Assembly (NCBI GenBank): GCA_040437565.1
Contig: JBDOQK010000052.1
Location: 124,001 to 188,000 of the forward strand
Source: Albugo candida
Taxonomy: Eukaryota
DNA: 64,000 bases
Direction: 5' to 3'
Part shown: positions 1 to 13,549 of the stretch, piece by piece
How positions within the stretch are numbered: position 1 is the first letter of the stretch
Layout: every line of letters starts with the position of its first letter
Made by a program: the position numbers and the translations under genes
The notes under the pieces: generated by a model
Told to the model about the DNA's origin: nothing
The model's database searches: none
What the model saw: only the letters and a program-made list of their open reading frames with translations

Positions 1-3000
1 GCAGATATTTGAATTGTGCGATTGAATAATCGGACGAATTGGCCGCCTGCATGCCTTCTTGACCCGAAATTCCAACTCCGACATGGGCCGCTTGTATCAT
101 GGAAACATCATTGGCTCCATCCCCGATAGCAAGTGTCCTTACTTTGGGATTACGCTCTCGTACAAGCCTCACCAATTGGGCTTTTTGTGCGGGTGATACT
201 CGACAAGCGATCACTGCAGCCGTCTTCTCAACAAACTCGATTAGAAGCTCGGGGCAATCTTCCAACGCCAGCTCGAGAGTTTCTCCATCAATGACGAGAG
301 CAAACGCATCGTTCTGACGCAAATTGGTCGGGCGATTCTCAATTCGTGTTAACGGACGTGCACATTCAGGGTCGTTGGATACAGGGCTTCCTCTACAAGG
401 TATGATACCACAAGCAGAAGCGTGATCCTTTGATTTGCCAGCCTTTGCTTCCGACTCTGAGATCTCATCGATATATCTTTTGAGCGTTCTTTTGACCGAT
501 AAGAGATCGGGATGTGTGTCTGCAGAGATAATCACACGTTCCATTTCAGGAGCTAGTAATCTGCACGCAAAAGCGATATTTATGGCAGTCTCCTCTTTGT
601 CCCCGGTAAGCATCCAAATTTTGATAGATGCTTCGCGTAACTTGGCGATTGTTTCTGGAACTTGATCCTGTAGACGATCTTCAACAGCTGTAGCTCCAAG
701 AACCTCCAATCCAACTTCGATTTCTTCCATCAGATGATCAATGTCATTCGACTCACCATCCCGACGAAGCTCAATTTGCTTCATGTCATTGATTGCACTC
801 CGATATCGGACGATCCATTTTGCATAGACATCGGGATCAATGATCGTACTCGCAATCACCAGTGTGCGAAGTCCTTCCATCGCGAATTGTTCCATATGCT
901 CCAATGTGACATCCCGCATCCTAAGAATTTCATAATCTTTGGTTGAGACAAGTCGTTGATACATGACTGAGTCAGCTCCTTTGCACAGTAATTGGATGGC
1001 ACCGTCGGGATTACGTAGAATGACAGACATACGCTTCCGTGTGCTATTAAACTCGAGTACTTCCAAAATATCATATTGAGCTTTGACGGGCTGATTACCG
1101 CTCGCCGACTCGGTTCCTGACTCCTCTACACAGCTATCGAATCGTTCAACCAAAGCTCTGCCGGGAGCTCGAGAGAAGAATCGAAATCCAAAACACGCAG
1201 CGGCAGCGACGAGTGCTTGTTCATCAGGTGAAGAAGCAGACAATCTCAATTCTCCATCTGCTCCACGCTCCGGCATCACAGTATGACATACGGCCAAATG
1301 CTCGAAAAAGTCGAAAATCCTTTGAGCGTTATGATCTTTTAATCGCATCGCGTCAAATATCTTGTCATCCTGATAATTTACAAACGGAACCTTCACGATA
1401 CGATGATCTTGCTTGCTCGAGACCGAGTCAATCGGACCTTGTGTTTTACCAAAAGCCGGAGAGCCATTGTAAGTGTCATTTTCATCCCGAAGTCGTTGTT
1501 CAGCAGCAATACCAGCTTCTGTATCTCCTACTCCATATGCAACTCCATTAATGCTGCACTTCCGAAACTCCATGATATTCCGAGTCAGTGTTCCTGTTTT
1601 ATCACTAAATATATAATCAATCTGTCCCAGCTCTTCATTCAATGACATCGTTTGGACTTGGCAGGGCGTATCCGTTTCCTCATGATACATTTCCACGTCG
1701 TTATTCATCCAATACGACTGTAAGAACTTTACAGAGGTCATGCTGACATACAGCGACACGGGTATGAACGAGTTTAAAAGCAGAAAGTAGTACACCAGCA
1801 TGACAAAAAACTGGACGACTGGATGGCGTATAGCGAGGGCATCGCCGTCATACAAATACCACGCTAGCTCTCCAGGTTCTGAGCTGAGATTCTCACGATT
1901 CCAGAAAACGGATATCACCGCACCAGTGAGACACAACACCAGCATAAGAACACAGATATACAAAATTTGTCGATTCAACCGCATTTCCATATTGCTCCAC
2001 TTCATTGGAGTCGACGTTGACGCCATCATGATTTTCGTATCGGGTCCAGTATTGATCACAAGACCATACATAAATTCTGTATTACGCAGCGTAGATCCCC
2101 GTAAAGCGATAGCGTTGGTTGATAGACATTCCTTCCTATTGCCTGTTTCATTTTGAAAAGTCCCATGGAATCGATGTATGACATTGTTCGGCCTCTCACA
2201 AACGACTAGTCCTCGTAGCTTTGCAATATCTTTAGTCGACGATATTTCCGTGTATGTGAGCTCTACTCCTTGCCGGAGCTTCAAGTTGGTTTCTCCATCC
2301 AGAGACTTCGTCTCGACATAGCAGATACCAGTCGGACAAGCCGGATCTACTTCTTTCACACCTAAAATCAAGATATCTGCGGGTATTGGATCTCGATTGT
2401 AAACTTTGACAATATCGCCGACATGAAGCAAATGCCATTTGGACATTATAAAACTTTCTTGCTCCAAATCAAACTTTTCACAGGGCAACTCATTCGATAT
2501 ATGATCCATTTTATGCCGTTTGTAATCCTCCAAGCACGCGAAAAACATATCGATGAGAACGATGATCGATAGAGCCGGTAGAGAAGCCGGAAAACCTCCC
2601 GTGTTGGAAATCACTTTGATCGTTTGCATTACTGAAATAATAAGAAAATATGCATTGGCCAACTTTGAAAATTCATAAAACAATAATTTCGGGAGGAAGT
2701 TATATATTGTGAATCGAGAGGTCTTGACCAAATTGTCGCAATACTCGAATTGACTGTTGGCTGAGGGTTGATTCAAATAAACGTGACGATATGCCTCATT
2801 CGGTAAGACGGATTCCTTCGTTTCTAAGAGCAAAGCGTTGTTACTCGCAGAATGTATGCCTTTCAGATCGGCGACATTCAGAGGACATTCGTGATTCAGT
2901 ATTGGTATTGTCATATTCGGAGTAGCATCAAAATCGATACTGTCTGCTGTTTCTAAATGCAACAGAGGCATTGAGGAGTCAGTAGGAAGCTTACGATGAA

Positions 3001-3172
3001 TGACTGGAGCCAACGGTAAGGAAGATTCTTTGACATTCGCAGGACGTGGTTCAATCGATTTCTCATTTTGTGGTGAGCTGTCTAAAGCGTATTGCGTGTG
3101 TCTTGGTGTGCTTTCAAACGGTACATCTTCTACTGTTTCAGATTGTAAAAAGTCAGTGCGAGGAGATGACAT
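1..3172 (-). CDS. P4-type ATPase (phospholipid flippase), 3'-partial (runs off left edge)
   Basis: Manual minus-strand translation from ATG at 3172. It reads YCDNLVKTSRFTIYNFLPKLLFYEFSKLANAYFL, LDGETNLK, the phosphorylation motif IFSDKTGTLTRN (~1580-1620), ATAVEDRLQ, WMLTGDK and GDGANDVSMIQAAHVGVGISGQEGMQAANSSDYSIAQF. Absent from the ORF track because its stop lies outside the window. Confidence 0.95.
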   Translation of the reverse strand, partial: MSSPRTDFLQSETVEDVPFESTPRHTQYALDSSPQNEKSIEPRPANVKESSLPLAPVIHRKLPTDSSMPLLHLETADSIDFDATPNMTIPILNHECPLNVADLKGIHSASNNALLLETKESVLPNEAYRHVYLNQPSANSQFEYCDNLVKTSRFTIYNFLPKLLFYEFSKLANAYFLIISVMQTIKVISNTGGFPASLPALSIIVLIDMFFACLEDYKRHKMDHISNELPCEKFDLEQESFIMSKWHLLHVGDIVKVYNRDPIPADILILGVKEVDPACPTGICYVETKSLDGETNLKLRQGVELTYTEISSTKDIAKLRGLVVCERPNNVIHRFHGTFQNETGNRKECLSTNAIALRGSTLRNTEFMYGLVINTGPDTKIMMASTSTPMKWSNMEMRLNRQILYICVLMLVLCLTGAVISVFWNRENLSSEPGELAWYLYDGDALAIRHPVVQFFVMLVYYFLLLNSFIPVSLYVSMTSVKFLQSYWMNNDVEMYHEETDTPCQVQTMSLNEELGQIDYIFSDKTGTLTRNIMEFRKCSINGVAYGVGDTEAGIAAEQRLRDENDTYNGSPAFGKTQGPIDSVSSKQDHRIVKVPFVNYQDDKIFDAMRLKDHNAQRIFDFFEHLAVCHTVMPERGADGELRLSASSPDEQALVAAAACFGFRFFSRAPGRALVERFDSCVEESGTESASGNQPVKAQYDILEVLEFNSTRKRMSVILRNPDGAIQLLCKGADSVMYQRLVSTKDYEILRMRDVTLEHMEQFAMEGLRTLVIASTIIDPDVYAKWIVRYRSAINDMKQIELRRDGESNDIDHLMEEIEVGLEVLGATAVEDRLQDQVPETIAKLREASIKIWMLTGDKEETAINIAFACRLLAPEMERVIISADTHPDLLSVKRTLKRYIDEISESEAKAGKSKDHASACGIIPCRGSPVSNDPECARPLTRIENRPTNLRQNDAFALVIDGETLELALEDCPELLIEFVEKTAAVIACRVSPAQKAQLVRLVRERNPKVRTLAIGDGANDVSMIQAAHVGVGISGQEGMQAANSSDYSIAQFKYL

Positions 3173-5599
3173 TGATCTGTGTGAGCGAATAAGCGAATTT
3201 CTATACTCTCTCTCCAAATTGGTCGTTTTTTGTTTATATTGATGAACTCAACCGATGCGAGTTAATGTATTATCGAGTACGTTGAAAAGAGTAAGACTTC
3301 TCGGTGATGAAATGTCAACCGTATTGCAAAGGCGAACGAAAACTCTTCGAGTTCGACGTTTTCGCTCCGAAATTTTTTAATGTGTGCAGTTCGTGTAACG
3401 CCCGAGACCACGGTATCCTACCCCTCAGCCCGTAACTGACCCAATAGAAGGTAAATGACACATAATAAGACACTGTGTGCACGGCTACTGCTGTATAGGG
3501 TAGAACGGTATTGAAATTTTCTGTGCATAGTACTGCATTTGATGCAAATAGCTCTATGACTTGACCTGATCATAGCGAGACAGCAGCTACTAGTGTGCGA
3601 AACCCTATTCTGCATGCTGCAGACAAGAATTGACGAGCACGGACGGAGCCAAGTGTTGAGTGAATTTGTTAACATTCATGGAAACAAGCAAGCTGTAGCG
3701 GCTTATCCTGGTGAAGACTCCTCGTAGCTATCGCATTAGAACGTTTACAAAAACTGTGGTCCCTGCTGTTTTTAGGCTGACTGATGATACTGGGAACGTT
3801 CCCTTTGAAGGTGCTGCTTTGCAAGGATTATGAGGACGACAAACCGCGCTTTAGGACTGAGATATTAGCGTATGTACGTGATTAGGAAAACTCACATTAG
3901 ATTGACATTCAAGTTGAGCGCTAAGGATTGTCTGGAAGAAAAAACTATGCGCAACCCGTCCTCATGAAATAAAAGAATTTGTCTTTGGAAGGTGACACCA
4001 GCAAGGAGGTATTCTAATACAGATACAAACACAATAACATGATGGAAGTAGGAACTGATTCTAACTTGCAATAAATCTGTGGCAAAATATACATTCGACT
4101 TTATATATTGTGCGAATAAAATAGAGTGACATGGACGGACGTATATGGAAATTGCCCGATTGGTGATAACAATGGGCGATGTATACGAATGATTATCAAG
4201 AATGTCTCTGATTCTGAAGAAAACGATGTATCTCCTTGATGTTTAGGCGGGGTAAACTACACCAATCCTACATAAACAGCTGAAGTCAGTTTTGCTCAAA
4301 ATTGCTCGTGTAGTACTTCCACTTGAATCGTAGAGATGCATGCGCATTTGATAGATTGAAATCTTCAACAACAGTGTTGCACATATAATCGAATACTAAT
4401 TTCAAACACTATTCTTATCTCAGATTTACCACTTATTTCCTGTAAGCTCAAAGACAGCCTTCACTTAAACCTTTTGATGGCTTTTGCAAGCAGCTCTACA
4501 CAATGTTAGGCAATCAGTCAGTTTCTACTCTGTGCATAGTCGCAATTTTGAAAAGGGATTCCTGAACGTGTATTGGTGATCAGGCGGTTACGAGTGTCAT
4601 TTAGTCGCCGACAGTGGCTGTGTTTATGAATCAACGAAGTACCATTCATTTTTGATATCTCACTTCAACGTAGTCGTAAGGAAATAATACAGTACGTACC
4701 GATAATGTGACGAGATGGGGAGATGGGCAGCCTGTCACGGTACTTTGATGACATGAGATCATGCAATCTCATCTACGAATGTTCGAGATTCAAAATNNNN
4801 NNNNNNNNNNNNNNNNNNNNNNNNNNNNNNNNNNNNNNNNNNNNNNNNNNNNNNNNNNNNNNNNNNNNNNNNNNNNNNNNNNNNNNNNNNNNNNNNAGTA
4901 CCATTCATTTTTGATATCTCACTTCAACGTAGTCGTAAGGAAATAATACAGTACGTACCGATAATGTGACGAGATGGGGAGATGGGCAGCCTGTCACGGT
5001 ACTTTGATGACATGAGATCATGCAATCTCATCTACGAATGTTCGAGATTCAAAATCCGATTGTTGCAGATTCTACCAACGCACAAGAGTATGTACCGTTT
5101 TCGGACTCACCTCGTGTCGTGACTGTGTTTCGGAATGAGGTAAGATCTACAGCAGGGAAGGAGGAGAATTTAAAAAGCTGGGGAGTTTGACCAGTTTCGC
5201 ATACGAATAAAATAAATTCCTTTCAACCAGTGAATGCGTATTTGCAAGATGGCTGTCAACTAGACATTCTTGATTACGTGTAGTCGCCAATTTTTGCTAG
5301 GCAATTCTTAGATTCACCCTTAGTGCCAGAATTCTGTGGTCAGAAAGGTTTCTATTCTGATCGATATTTCTTATTCATATATCTCAGCTCGCTCCTTTTT
5401 CTGTAATAGATGTCTTATGTAAAGTTCAAGAAGACCCTTGTGGCACTCTATGAATTATAAAAGGGTCCTAATTCGTAAATGTCACTGGAATTTGCAATAA
5501 GCGAAGTCCAAACTCTCGCATATTTTGACTAATCTATTAACCTCAAAAATAACGAATAATTTGAAAATCGTTACACTGTCTACACCTATCATCTGCTTC

Positions 5600-8500
5600 C
5601 TTTGCAGTTGGTACAAGGGGCGTCGAATCTACCGATAACGTTCCCTCTTAAAGTTAGAACCGTGAACTTGATGCTGAGGTGTGTGGATCAAGCTTCGACC
5701 ATCACGCGAAGTACAAGGAGAACTCTTCCAATCATTTTTTTTACCCTCCAGATAGTTCTTGTCGTCGTGACAACGAATCCGAGGGAGATTATTGACGAAT
5801 TCAGAGATCATTGCGGTGTTATCATAGGCTCTCTCAATAGCTCCGAGACCGAAGCTGATACATGCGACAGAAAGCAAAAAAAGCTTGTCGATTCGATTCA
5901 AGTTTCCGTTGCATCAGAAGAGCAAGAACGTCTCTCAACTCGCTCAAGTACGACCGAGATCGCGGAAGCGATCAAGCACATGCGGAGTAGTTCTCATCCA
6001 GGTATAAATGGACTACCAGCTGCATTTTGTCAGCTTGATCCGGAAACTTTTGGCGAGTGTCTGACGATCGTGTACGAATATCAGCTGGAAAAAGGTATCT
6101 TACTTCGGCCACAACGTCACCAGGCAATCATCTTGTTATACAAATAAAGATCACGAGGTGATTCTGGCTACTATCGACCGATCGCACTGCCTTGCGTCGA
6201 TGTTAGATTACTTTCAAAAGTGTTGGCGTACTGATTGCAACGGCTTTTGCCAAGATTGATCCATCAAGATCAAAAAGCATTTGTGCGAAGAAGGTTGATG
6301 CATCACCACATTCGACATCTCACCGACATCCGAGACTTAGTCCCTCATCGGGCAGGAAGCGTATGCGACTTTTCTCGACTTTGAGAAAGCTTATGATCGA
6401 TTTAATTGGACATACATGTTTTGCGTTTGAGAACATGGGCGTTGGAAAAAGTTTCATCGACTGGGTTCGTCTTTTGTATTGTAATGGAAATATTACACCG
6501 TCCATTACTCCACAACGTGGAGTGAAACAAGGCGATCCTCTCTCAGCATTACTTTTNNNNNNNNNNNNNNNNNNNNNNNNNNNNNNNNNNNNNNNNNNNN
6601 NNNNNNNNNNNNNNNNNNNNNNNNNNNNNNNNNNNNNNNNNNNNNNNNNNNNNNNNTTTTCTCGACTTTGAGAAAGCTTATGATCGATTTAATTGGACAT
6701 ACATGTTTTGCGTTTGAGAACATGGGCGTTGGAAAAAGTTTCATCGACTGGGTTCGTCTTTTGTATTGTAATGGAAATATTACACCGTCCATTACTCCAC
6801 AACGTGGAGTGAAACAAGGCGATCCTCTCTCAGCATTACTTTTTCTGATGACGATCGAACCTTTGGGAATTTACTTCGTCAATATGTGGAACATGGAATT
6901 TGGATTAACGGCACGAATGTCGCGACTGGAATTTTTTTGCGGACAATTCGACATTGCTTTCAGAGACACCAAATGGTGTTTGAATGCAACTCGAACTCGT
7001 CCAAGTCCATTGCGATGGATCTGGTGCGGAACTCAAATTGAGTAAATCATCCTTACTCTCGTTGAATCGGACCATGCCATGTCCACGTATTCCCAATTTG
7101 ACCATACTGGGTCCGTAGGATTCATTCAAGTATTTGAGTATTCCGTCTGGTCAGAAACCGACTCATTCGATGGTCATTTCAACTGTCGACAAGCATTTTT
7201 ACGATGTGTTTGGTGTATGGTTTCGACGAGCAAGAACTGTTCGTGGTCGACTACTGGTTGTGCAGAAAGTGATTTATCACGTCTGTGGCATTACACGATG
7301 CACGTGGACATACCAGAAGAAACTATCAGACAGTAGCAATCGATGTTAAATCGATTTGTGCTTGGTCGGAAACACAAAAAAGATTCGAGGCACGTTCATC
7401 TGATCAGCAAAGACTTTTTGTATTTTCGCGACAAGATGGTGGACTGCAAGTTCATTTTTGGTGGGAAAACTGAAGCTACAACGAATTGAATCCCTTGCGC
7501 AGATCGCATCCGATGCGTCGTCAATATTTCCAGCGAATTGGACAACTGCTTCGACGGAATTACTACAACTTATCCAGCCTCCCTTTGGACCACACAAGCC
7601 GATGGATATATTCACCATCGCACCACATCGACATGGGAAAATGGTTTAATGGGAGAGAACATCTGCATGGTGGAAACACATATCTAAAATGTGGCGTCAG
7701 ATGAATTAAAGCATCAAACTATCAGATCTGGTTCTTCTAAAACACCGTCAGTACTTATCACTGCGACCACGAATTACAATATGAAGCTGCTACTCGTAAT
7801 CCAAGTACGCAAAACGTTTGGTACAATCTTGGCATGGTGGACGAATCACATCGGACATTTCGGAAATCGTTTGCTACACTTTTCGACATCCGTAGTCTTC
7901 AAGGCTTTTCTCAAGAAAGCGACACATGGCCAAAGAAGGAAGATTTCGTCGCCAACTATTGCAACGACGAATAGCTAAACACATGGGATATGGCTGAAGA
8001 AAAGTTGCTGAGTCGACTTTACAATGAAGTCACTCAGATACTACGGCGTATCCACTCGACGATTGGTCTCATCACTTGGATTATACCAACCACAAATGGC
8101 AGATCATTTTATGTGGGAGTAAAAAGCAAGGAAAGGAAACATTATTTTCCATCTATTCCACGCTCACAACTCTCACGAATCGTCTGGAAACCTCTCGAAC
8201 CAACTAAGAGTCATCCGATGTCAACACATTGGTCATCACGGAAGAGATCGGAAGCACTGGACTTAGAACGCGTTCGAGCATTTATGACTACATCACGGCA
8301 TCTTCGAGAACTGGTATAACCCATTTTAGAGGATTTACAGTTTCGTCTAGCCTTTCGGATGTTGCCAGTTCGATCTCGTCTCGGGTTTATAGAAAATAGT
8401 CAGCCCGACATTATATTGTGCACTCAGACTTCGTGTGGCGCAGTGGAATCCGATCATTATCTCTTTCTCGAGTGTGATCACACATCAAAATTATGGAGGA

Positions 8501-8900
8501 GTTACCCCTAGTTGGGATCAGGTTTTCTCCTCTCGACCACGTTAACCGCATATTGCATGTGGAATTGTGCCAACACTACGGCCGACATGGAAGGATTATC
8601 AGCACATTATATCAGATTAATGGCTTGCATTGCAAGCAGTGACGCTGCAACTAGTCTGGAAAGATAGAACTCGTCATTTGTTCGATCAGCGATCAGCAAC
8701 TCCGGCACTTTCAGCACTCACCGTGATCTACACCAGGTTTACTGTGCACGTTCGGTACTTTCGAAGACAGTGTTACGATCAAGACGAACGTATTCGGCTT
8801 GCCACGGTGTTGGATCAACTCTCAACGCAAGGATCGATCGGTGGATTTTTCAGAAGTCGAAGATAATTGCTGCGGGTACGGCACAAGCAGTCGAAAATGC
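5600..8900 (+). mobile_element. Decayed non-LTR retrotransposon (LINE, L1/Tx1-like RT), 5'-truncated
   Basis: RT motifs in order across frames: HPGINGLPAAF, YRPIAL, QKAFV, DFEKAYDR, RGVKQGDPLSALLF, FFADNS (degenerate YADD), KYL, then a C-terminal Cys/His zf-RVT-like CTQTSCGAVESDHYLFLEC. Several stops and frameshifts; no endonuclease domain seen upstream. Confidence 0.9.
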
Positions 8901-10231
8901 AAGTGGAACTCAGATCCTAGTCCTGGGTGGATGGCTACGTTCAAAGTAGTGTGGCGCACAACAAAACACGGTACTCTTGGACGATTTCAACAACTTTCTA
9001 TCATTTACACCATGGACATAGTCTCGTATTGTGGTGATTTGAGGCTACCACAATACATCCTTAACTCCGAGAAGGCACATGATATGGAATATGTAATTTC
9101 ATTATTCAAGATAGCGCAGGCATCTAGAGAAGCCAGTTAGACTGATTCTAGTAATATCGACATCGTCAACTGAGATACAGAGCTGTTATTCAAGCCTGTC
9201 GAACATCGCTTTTTCCTCGTGCTAGCCAGAATCCCGATGCCAGAAATATATATTACAGTCGATAAGGTATGGAGGAAGTAGTTATTTGACTTATCAGAAA
9301 CACTCCCGTCGCGGACATCATTCCAAAAGAACTCATGTATCGAAGAATGTACACGGCATGACTCGGCAGATAGGAAAATCCTCAAAATTCAGTTTGTTCG
9401 CTTCTTGCCTTCGTAGCACTTTTGTTTTGCTGGAGTCAGCAAGTCAAAAAAGAGTTGGCAACGTGAAGTGCTATAACTTACCTGTGCCAAACCGTCACAA
9501 TGTAATTTTTACTTACTCTTACAACCTACAAAAATGCAGGAAGAATGATAATTTCGTTGAATTCAGGTAGCACGTTACCTCGTGATATAGGAATTAAGAA
9601 ACTTATGTTTACCAACCCTCCTTGCTAGTCGTTTTGTCATGTGACCTCCTCTGATAAAGAGTATTGATTGTGAGCGATCGAGAAGACGGCAAAGAGTGCC
9701 AAAGCATCACAGCATGCTGGGCATTGTGTCCAACGATCTCAGGATTCTGGTAGATTGATAGACATTCTGTCGACTTCCTACCTTCCAGTCTTGATAAGTA
9801 TGCAAGAGGGAGCGATCATCTGATTTGCTCTCGGGTAAGGTACCATCTGCAATGGGGGCGCCTGGGCACATCATGGAAACTCAAACGACTGTTTTACCAA
9901 TACTATCTGAGGGCTCGCTTCCATGTAGTTTCTATAAAATGCTGCTCTGCGCGAGAAGTTATTGTAGTAGACAGCGAATAAGAAAAGTATGCGTCGACGA
10001 TCATCGAGCTTTTCACGTGAATATACTGAAGATAAGCTTCTTAATCAGGTTCTTCCTCAACTGTGTTGCAAAGCGGGCTATCCACAATGAGTAATGTAAC
10101 CAAGCCTGGTCGTTTTCTGCTGCTCGGAATCAGTTCATTCTCTTATACTACAATCGATTGTGTTAGAGTCAGGATGGCGCGATATTAGCAAAACATTCAA
10201 CCTCATCCGTCGTTCTCATTATCATAAAAAT

Positions 10232-12326
10232 CTAGGAGCTGCGACTAAGACTGCTGCTCGGGCTTGCACCTCGACGTCGACGGACACGCGCAGAGCTGCG
10301 GGAACGGCTTGGACTCCGACTAAAACTTCGACTGACACTGCTGTTGCTCGAGCTGAAACTTTTGCTCAGACTTGGGCTTCGTCGGCTCTGACCGCGACGA
10401 CCTGGCCGTCGGGCCTCTCGGCGACTTCGGCTACGACTGTAACTCTTGCTTCGACTGCTCACGCTTCGACTGCTGGAAACGCTTGATCGACCGCGACTAC
10501 AAATTAATATGTTGAATTCCCAGAAGGTCATGCTGAAGTCGTTGGGTAAGAAAGCGGGCTATACCTTTGGAAGCGACGGCCTCGTCCACGACCACTAAAT
10601 GGTGACCGTCGACGGGATTTATGATCATCTTTTTGTCGTCGTGGTCGAAATGGTGAGGCAAAGCGGCGACGTGATACTGATGATTTGGATTTGGAGAATG
10701 ACCTTGAACGACCGCGGCGAGTTATGGATCGCGATCGAGCGGCGTAGCCACCATGCTTGCGACCAGGGAAGCCACGTCGATTTTTCGCGAAGTTTGAGTC
10801 AGGACGAGTTGATGATGGACGACTACAACATCAATGGTAACAATCTGAATTTTATCCTGACGAAATCTAGTTACCTGATGCGTCTGGGTGATCCGTGACT
10901 ATCACGTCCATTTCGTACAGATGAGGAACGTTTGCGCGCTATAGCATAAAAACAAGTGAGCCAAAAGATTGACACACTCCTCGAATACAAACAATCTCTT
11001 GCATCGTTTTTGCCTGTGTGACCATTTTCAACAGAAGATTTATCGCAGGCTTTTTCCTCTTCTCCCACAGGATCATCTGTCACCAATAGCACCGTAACTT
11101 TCTTTCCATCCAGCCAGCCATCGTGCATATGTTCGATGGCTTTTTCGGCATCTTCTTCAGTCTCAAAATCTATCAGCGCGGAGCCCTGCAGAGCCATTAA
11201 CATCGATATACGCTTCTAAAACTATGATTTTCTGGACCTTTGACAATTTTGTGCCTCGCTCTGTCATCAACTTGACCCTCGTAACATTTCCAAACTTTGC
11301 AAATATTTCTGTTAGATGCTCCTTATTTACATTCCTGACATCAAAAGAAATCAAATAATTACCCAGTGCATGAAGTCAAGTTAAATCACCTTGTAAGATT
11401 TCCCACTCGAACCGCAATGCCATTTTTCTTTGGACTGATATTGTTTTCTGAGTCCTTACGCTCTGGTAGATCGATTCCATCAAATCTCTTCATCCTTGAA
11501 TCAATCCCCTCACCTGCGGACGCCATTGAGGGTGATCGAGATTGGCAATTTTGTTTGGCAGCTTGTGGAGAACTGAATGGTGAGGCTGAGATCGACTTGC
11601 TTTCTCTATCATTTCCATTATCCATAGAGTTCCTTTTTNNNNNNNNNNNNNNNNNNNNNNNNNNNNNNNNNNNNNNNNNNNNNNNNNNNNNNNNNNNNNN
11701 NNNNNNNNNNNNNNNNNNNNNNNNNNNNNNNNNNNNNNCGATGGCTTTTTCGGCATCTTCTTCAGTCTCAAAATCTATCAGCGCGGAGCCCTGCAGAGCC
11801 ATTAACATCGATATACGCTTCTAAAACTATGATTTTCTGGACCTTTGACAATTTTGTGCCTCGCTCTGTCATCAACTTGACCCTCGTAACATTTCCAAAC
11901 TTTGCAAATATTTCTGTTAGATGCTCCTTATTTACATTCCTGACATCAAAAGAAATCAAATAATTACCCAGTGCATGAAGTCAAGTTAAATCACCTTGTA
12001 AGATTTCCCACTCGAACCGCAATGCCATTTTTCTTTGGACTGATATTGTTTTCTGAGTCCTTACGCTCTGGTAGATCGATTCCATCAAATCTCTTCATCC
12101 TTGATTCAATCTCCTCACCTGCGGACGCCATTGAGGGTGATCGAGATTGGCAATTTTGTTTGGCAGCTTGTGGGGAGCTGAATGGTGAGGCTGAGATCGA
12201 CTTGCTTTCTCTATCATTTCCATTATCCATAGAGTTCCTTTTTATAGCGTCGCTTGTATTTTTGTGCGGATCGGATGGTGATCTATCCTCGGTATCTTGT
12301 GGTGAACTTGACAATTCCCGCGCCAT
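10232..12326 (-). CDS. RNPS1: RNPS1/SR45-like RRM + RS-domain splicing/EJC factor (multi-exon; ~11140-11638 duplicated across a gap)
   Basis: RRM VGNLTR-NVNKEHLTEIFAKFG...GSALIDFETEEDAEKAIEHMHDGWLDGKKVTV split by GT-AG introns, followed by an Arg/Ser-rich tail (SRSRSRR...). Matches the RNPS1/SR45 RRM pattern. Confidence 0.8.
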
Positions 12327-12443
12327 TTATCTTGATGTTTTCAAAGTTACAAAAGTAGTATTCGCAATATAAACAATACCACAAACAGCGGGTATGAGAT
12401 AAAAATATTGAAAGTTAAAGGACAATAGCTATCTAGAATTACA

Positions 12444-13427
12444 TTATAGTATGAAGGCGGTAAGATTGGAGCGAGTTGTAAAGTATTCAAGCAGTGAGAT
12501 CGGCTTTGCTGCATCGCAGCTTGAATATGATCCGCCAAAAGATGCTTCTGGACAATCGATTATTTGCACATCACTTGTACCCATTCCTAAGATATTTGGT
12601 CGCGCGTAGCAGGTTCGAATAGCTGCTAGACGTTGGTGATCCGGGTAAGTATTGGAGCAAAAAACTTGAATCTTTTTCGGGTAGATAGCGCTTAGATTTT
12701 TAAGTGATATGGAAGCGTTGGTAGAAGCGTCAACCAGATTCCTGATATACTCGCTTGCGCTACTCACATATAAAACAGCTTGTATCGTAAAGTTGAAATA
12801 AAGTGCAGAGAGCTCATTTACATCCAACACGGTCTCTATCCCAGCCGCAAAACAGCTCCCGTGTTTCTGAAATTCATGATTATATAGCTCGCAAAGTGCT
12901 TCAAAAGCTGTAGGCTGCGTTGGATCAACCCATTGTGTCTTCATTTTCTGCAATAGATTGTAATTTGTACTATTAAATGGTTTGGGTTCGATTGGTCGAT
13001 TCTCAAGTTTCTTGCTGAGCTTGCAGCATGATAGATACGAGCCATCATAATTGCTGGGCCAGAGTCCATGAATGCTTAACTCATTGACAACAGCATTAAC
13101 ATTGCAGCGTATCCCTTCTGGGAATGGAAGTACTGGACGATGTGATATAGTGTAGTCGATAACTAGCAACAAATCGCGGCAGTATTGTGGAATGTACAAC
13201 TGCTCTAATAACAAGTAGTCGTACGTTGCATCCTCTAATCCAACTTCTTCATAGTGACTCGAAGGAAACAAATCATCATGCAGCTTGCAGATATCGACAC
13301 ATTCACTATGAGTATTTCCGGGAACCCATCCGCCCGGATAATTGATTCCTAAGCTCCATCCAGAGAAACCGATCCACCAAAAGCGCATTCCTTTTACCAT
13401 TACGCAACCAGGATTGGTCAATACCAT
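12444..13427 (-). CDS. Ribonuclease T2 family protein
   Basis: Intronless 327-aa ORF with intact CAS I (SIHGLWPS) and CAS II (YNHEFQKHGSC) motifs and multiple Cys. The true start may be a downstream Met. Confidence 0.92.
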   Translation of the reverse strand: MVLTNPGCVMVKGMRFWWIGFSGWSLGINYPGGWVPGNTHSECVDICKLHDDLFPSSHYEEVGLEDATYDYLLLEQLYIPQYCRDLLLVIDYTISHRPVLPFPEGIRCNVNAVVNELSIHGLWPSNYDGSYLSCCKLSKKLENRPIEPKPFNSTNYNLLQKMKTQWVDPTQPTAFEALCELYNHEFQKHGSCFAAGIETVLDVNELSALYFNFTIQAVLYVSSASEYIRNLVDASTNASISLKNLSAIYPKKIQVFCSNTYPDHQRLAAIRTCYARPNILGMGTSDVQIIDCPEASFGGSYSSCDAAKPISLLEYFTTRSNLTAFIL

Positions 13428-13549
13428 TTAGGCTCCGACAAAACACTTTCATCCAATTAGAAAGCTTGAGCTGGATCTTCAAAGGACACTCGGGATCAAA
13501 GCACCTTCGTACAATCCGCAATTTCGATCCTAGCCTATTTTCGAATTCA

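Noticed and set aside
99-3242. Short ORFs overlapping the P4-ATPase (likewise those within 58434-63971 overlapping the channel)
   Set aside because: Antisense or alternate-frame shadows of long real genes.
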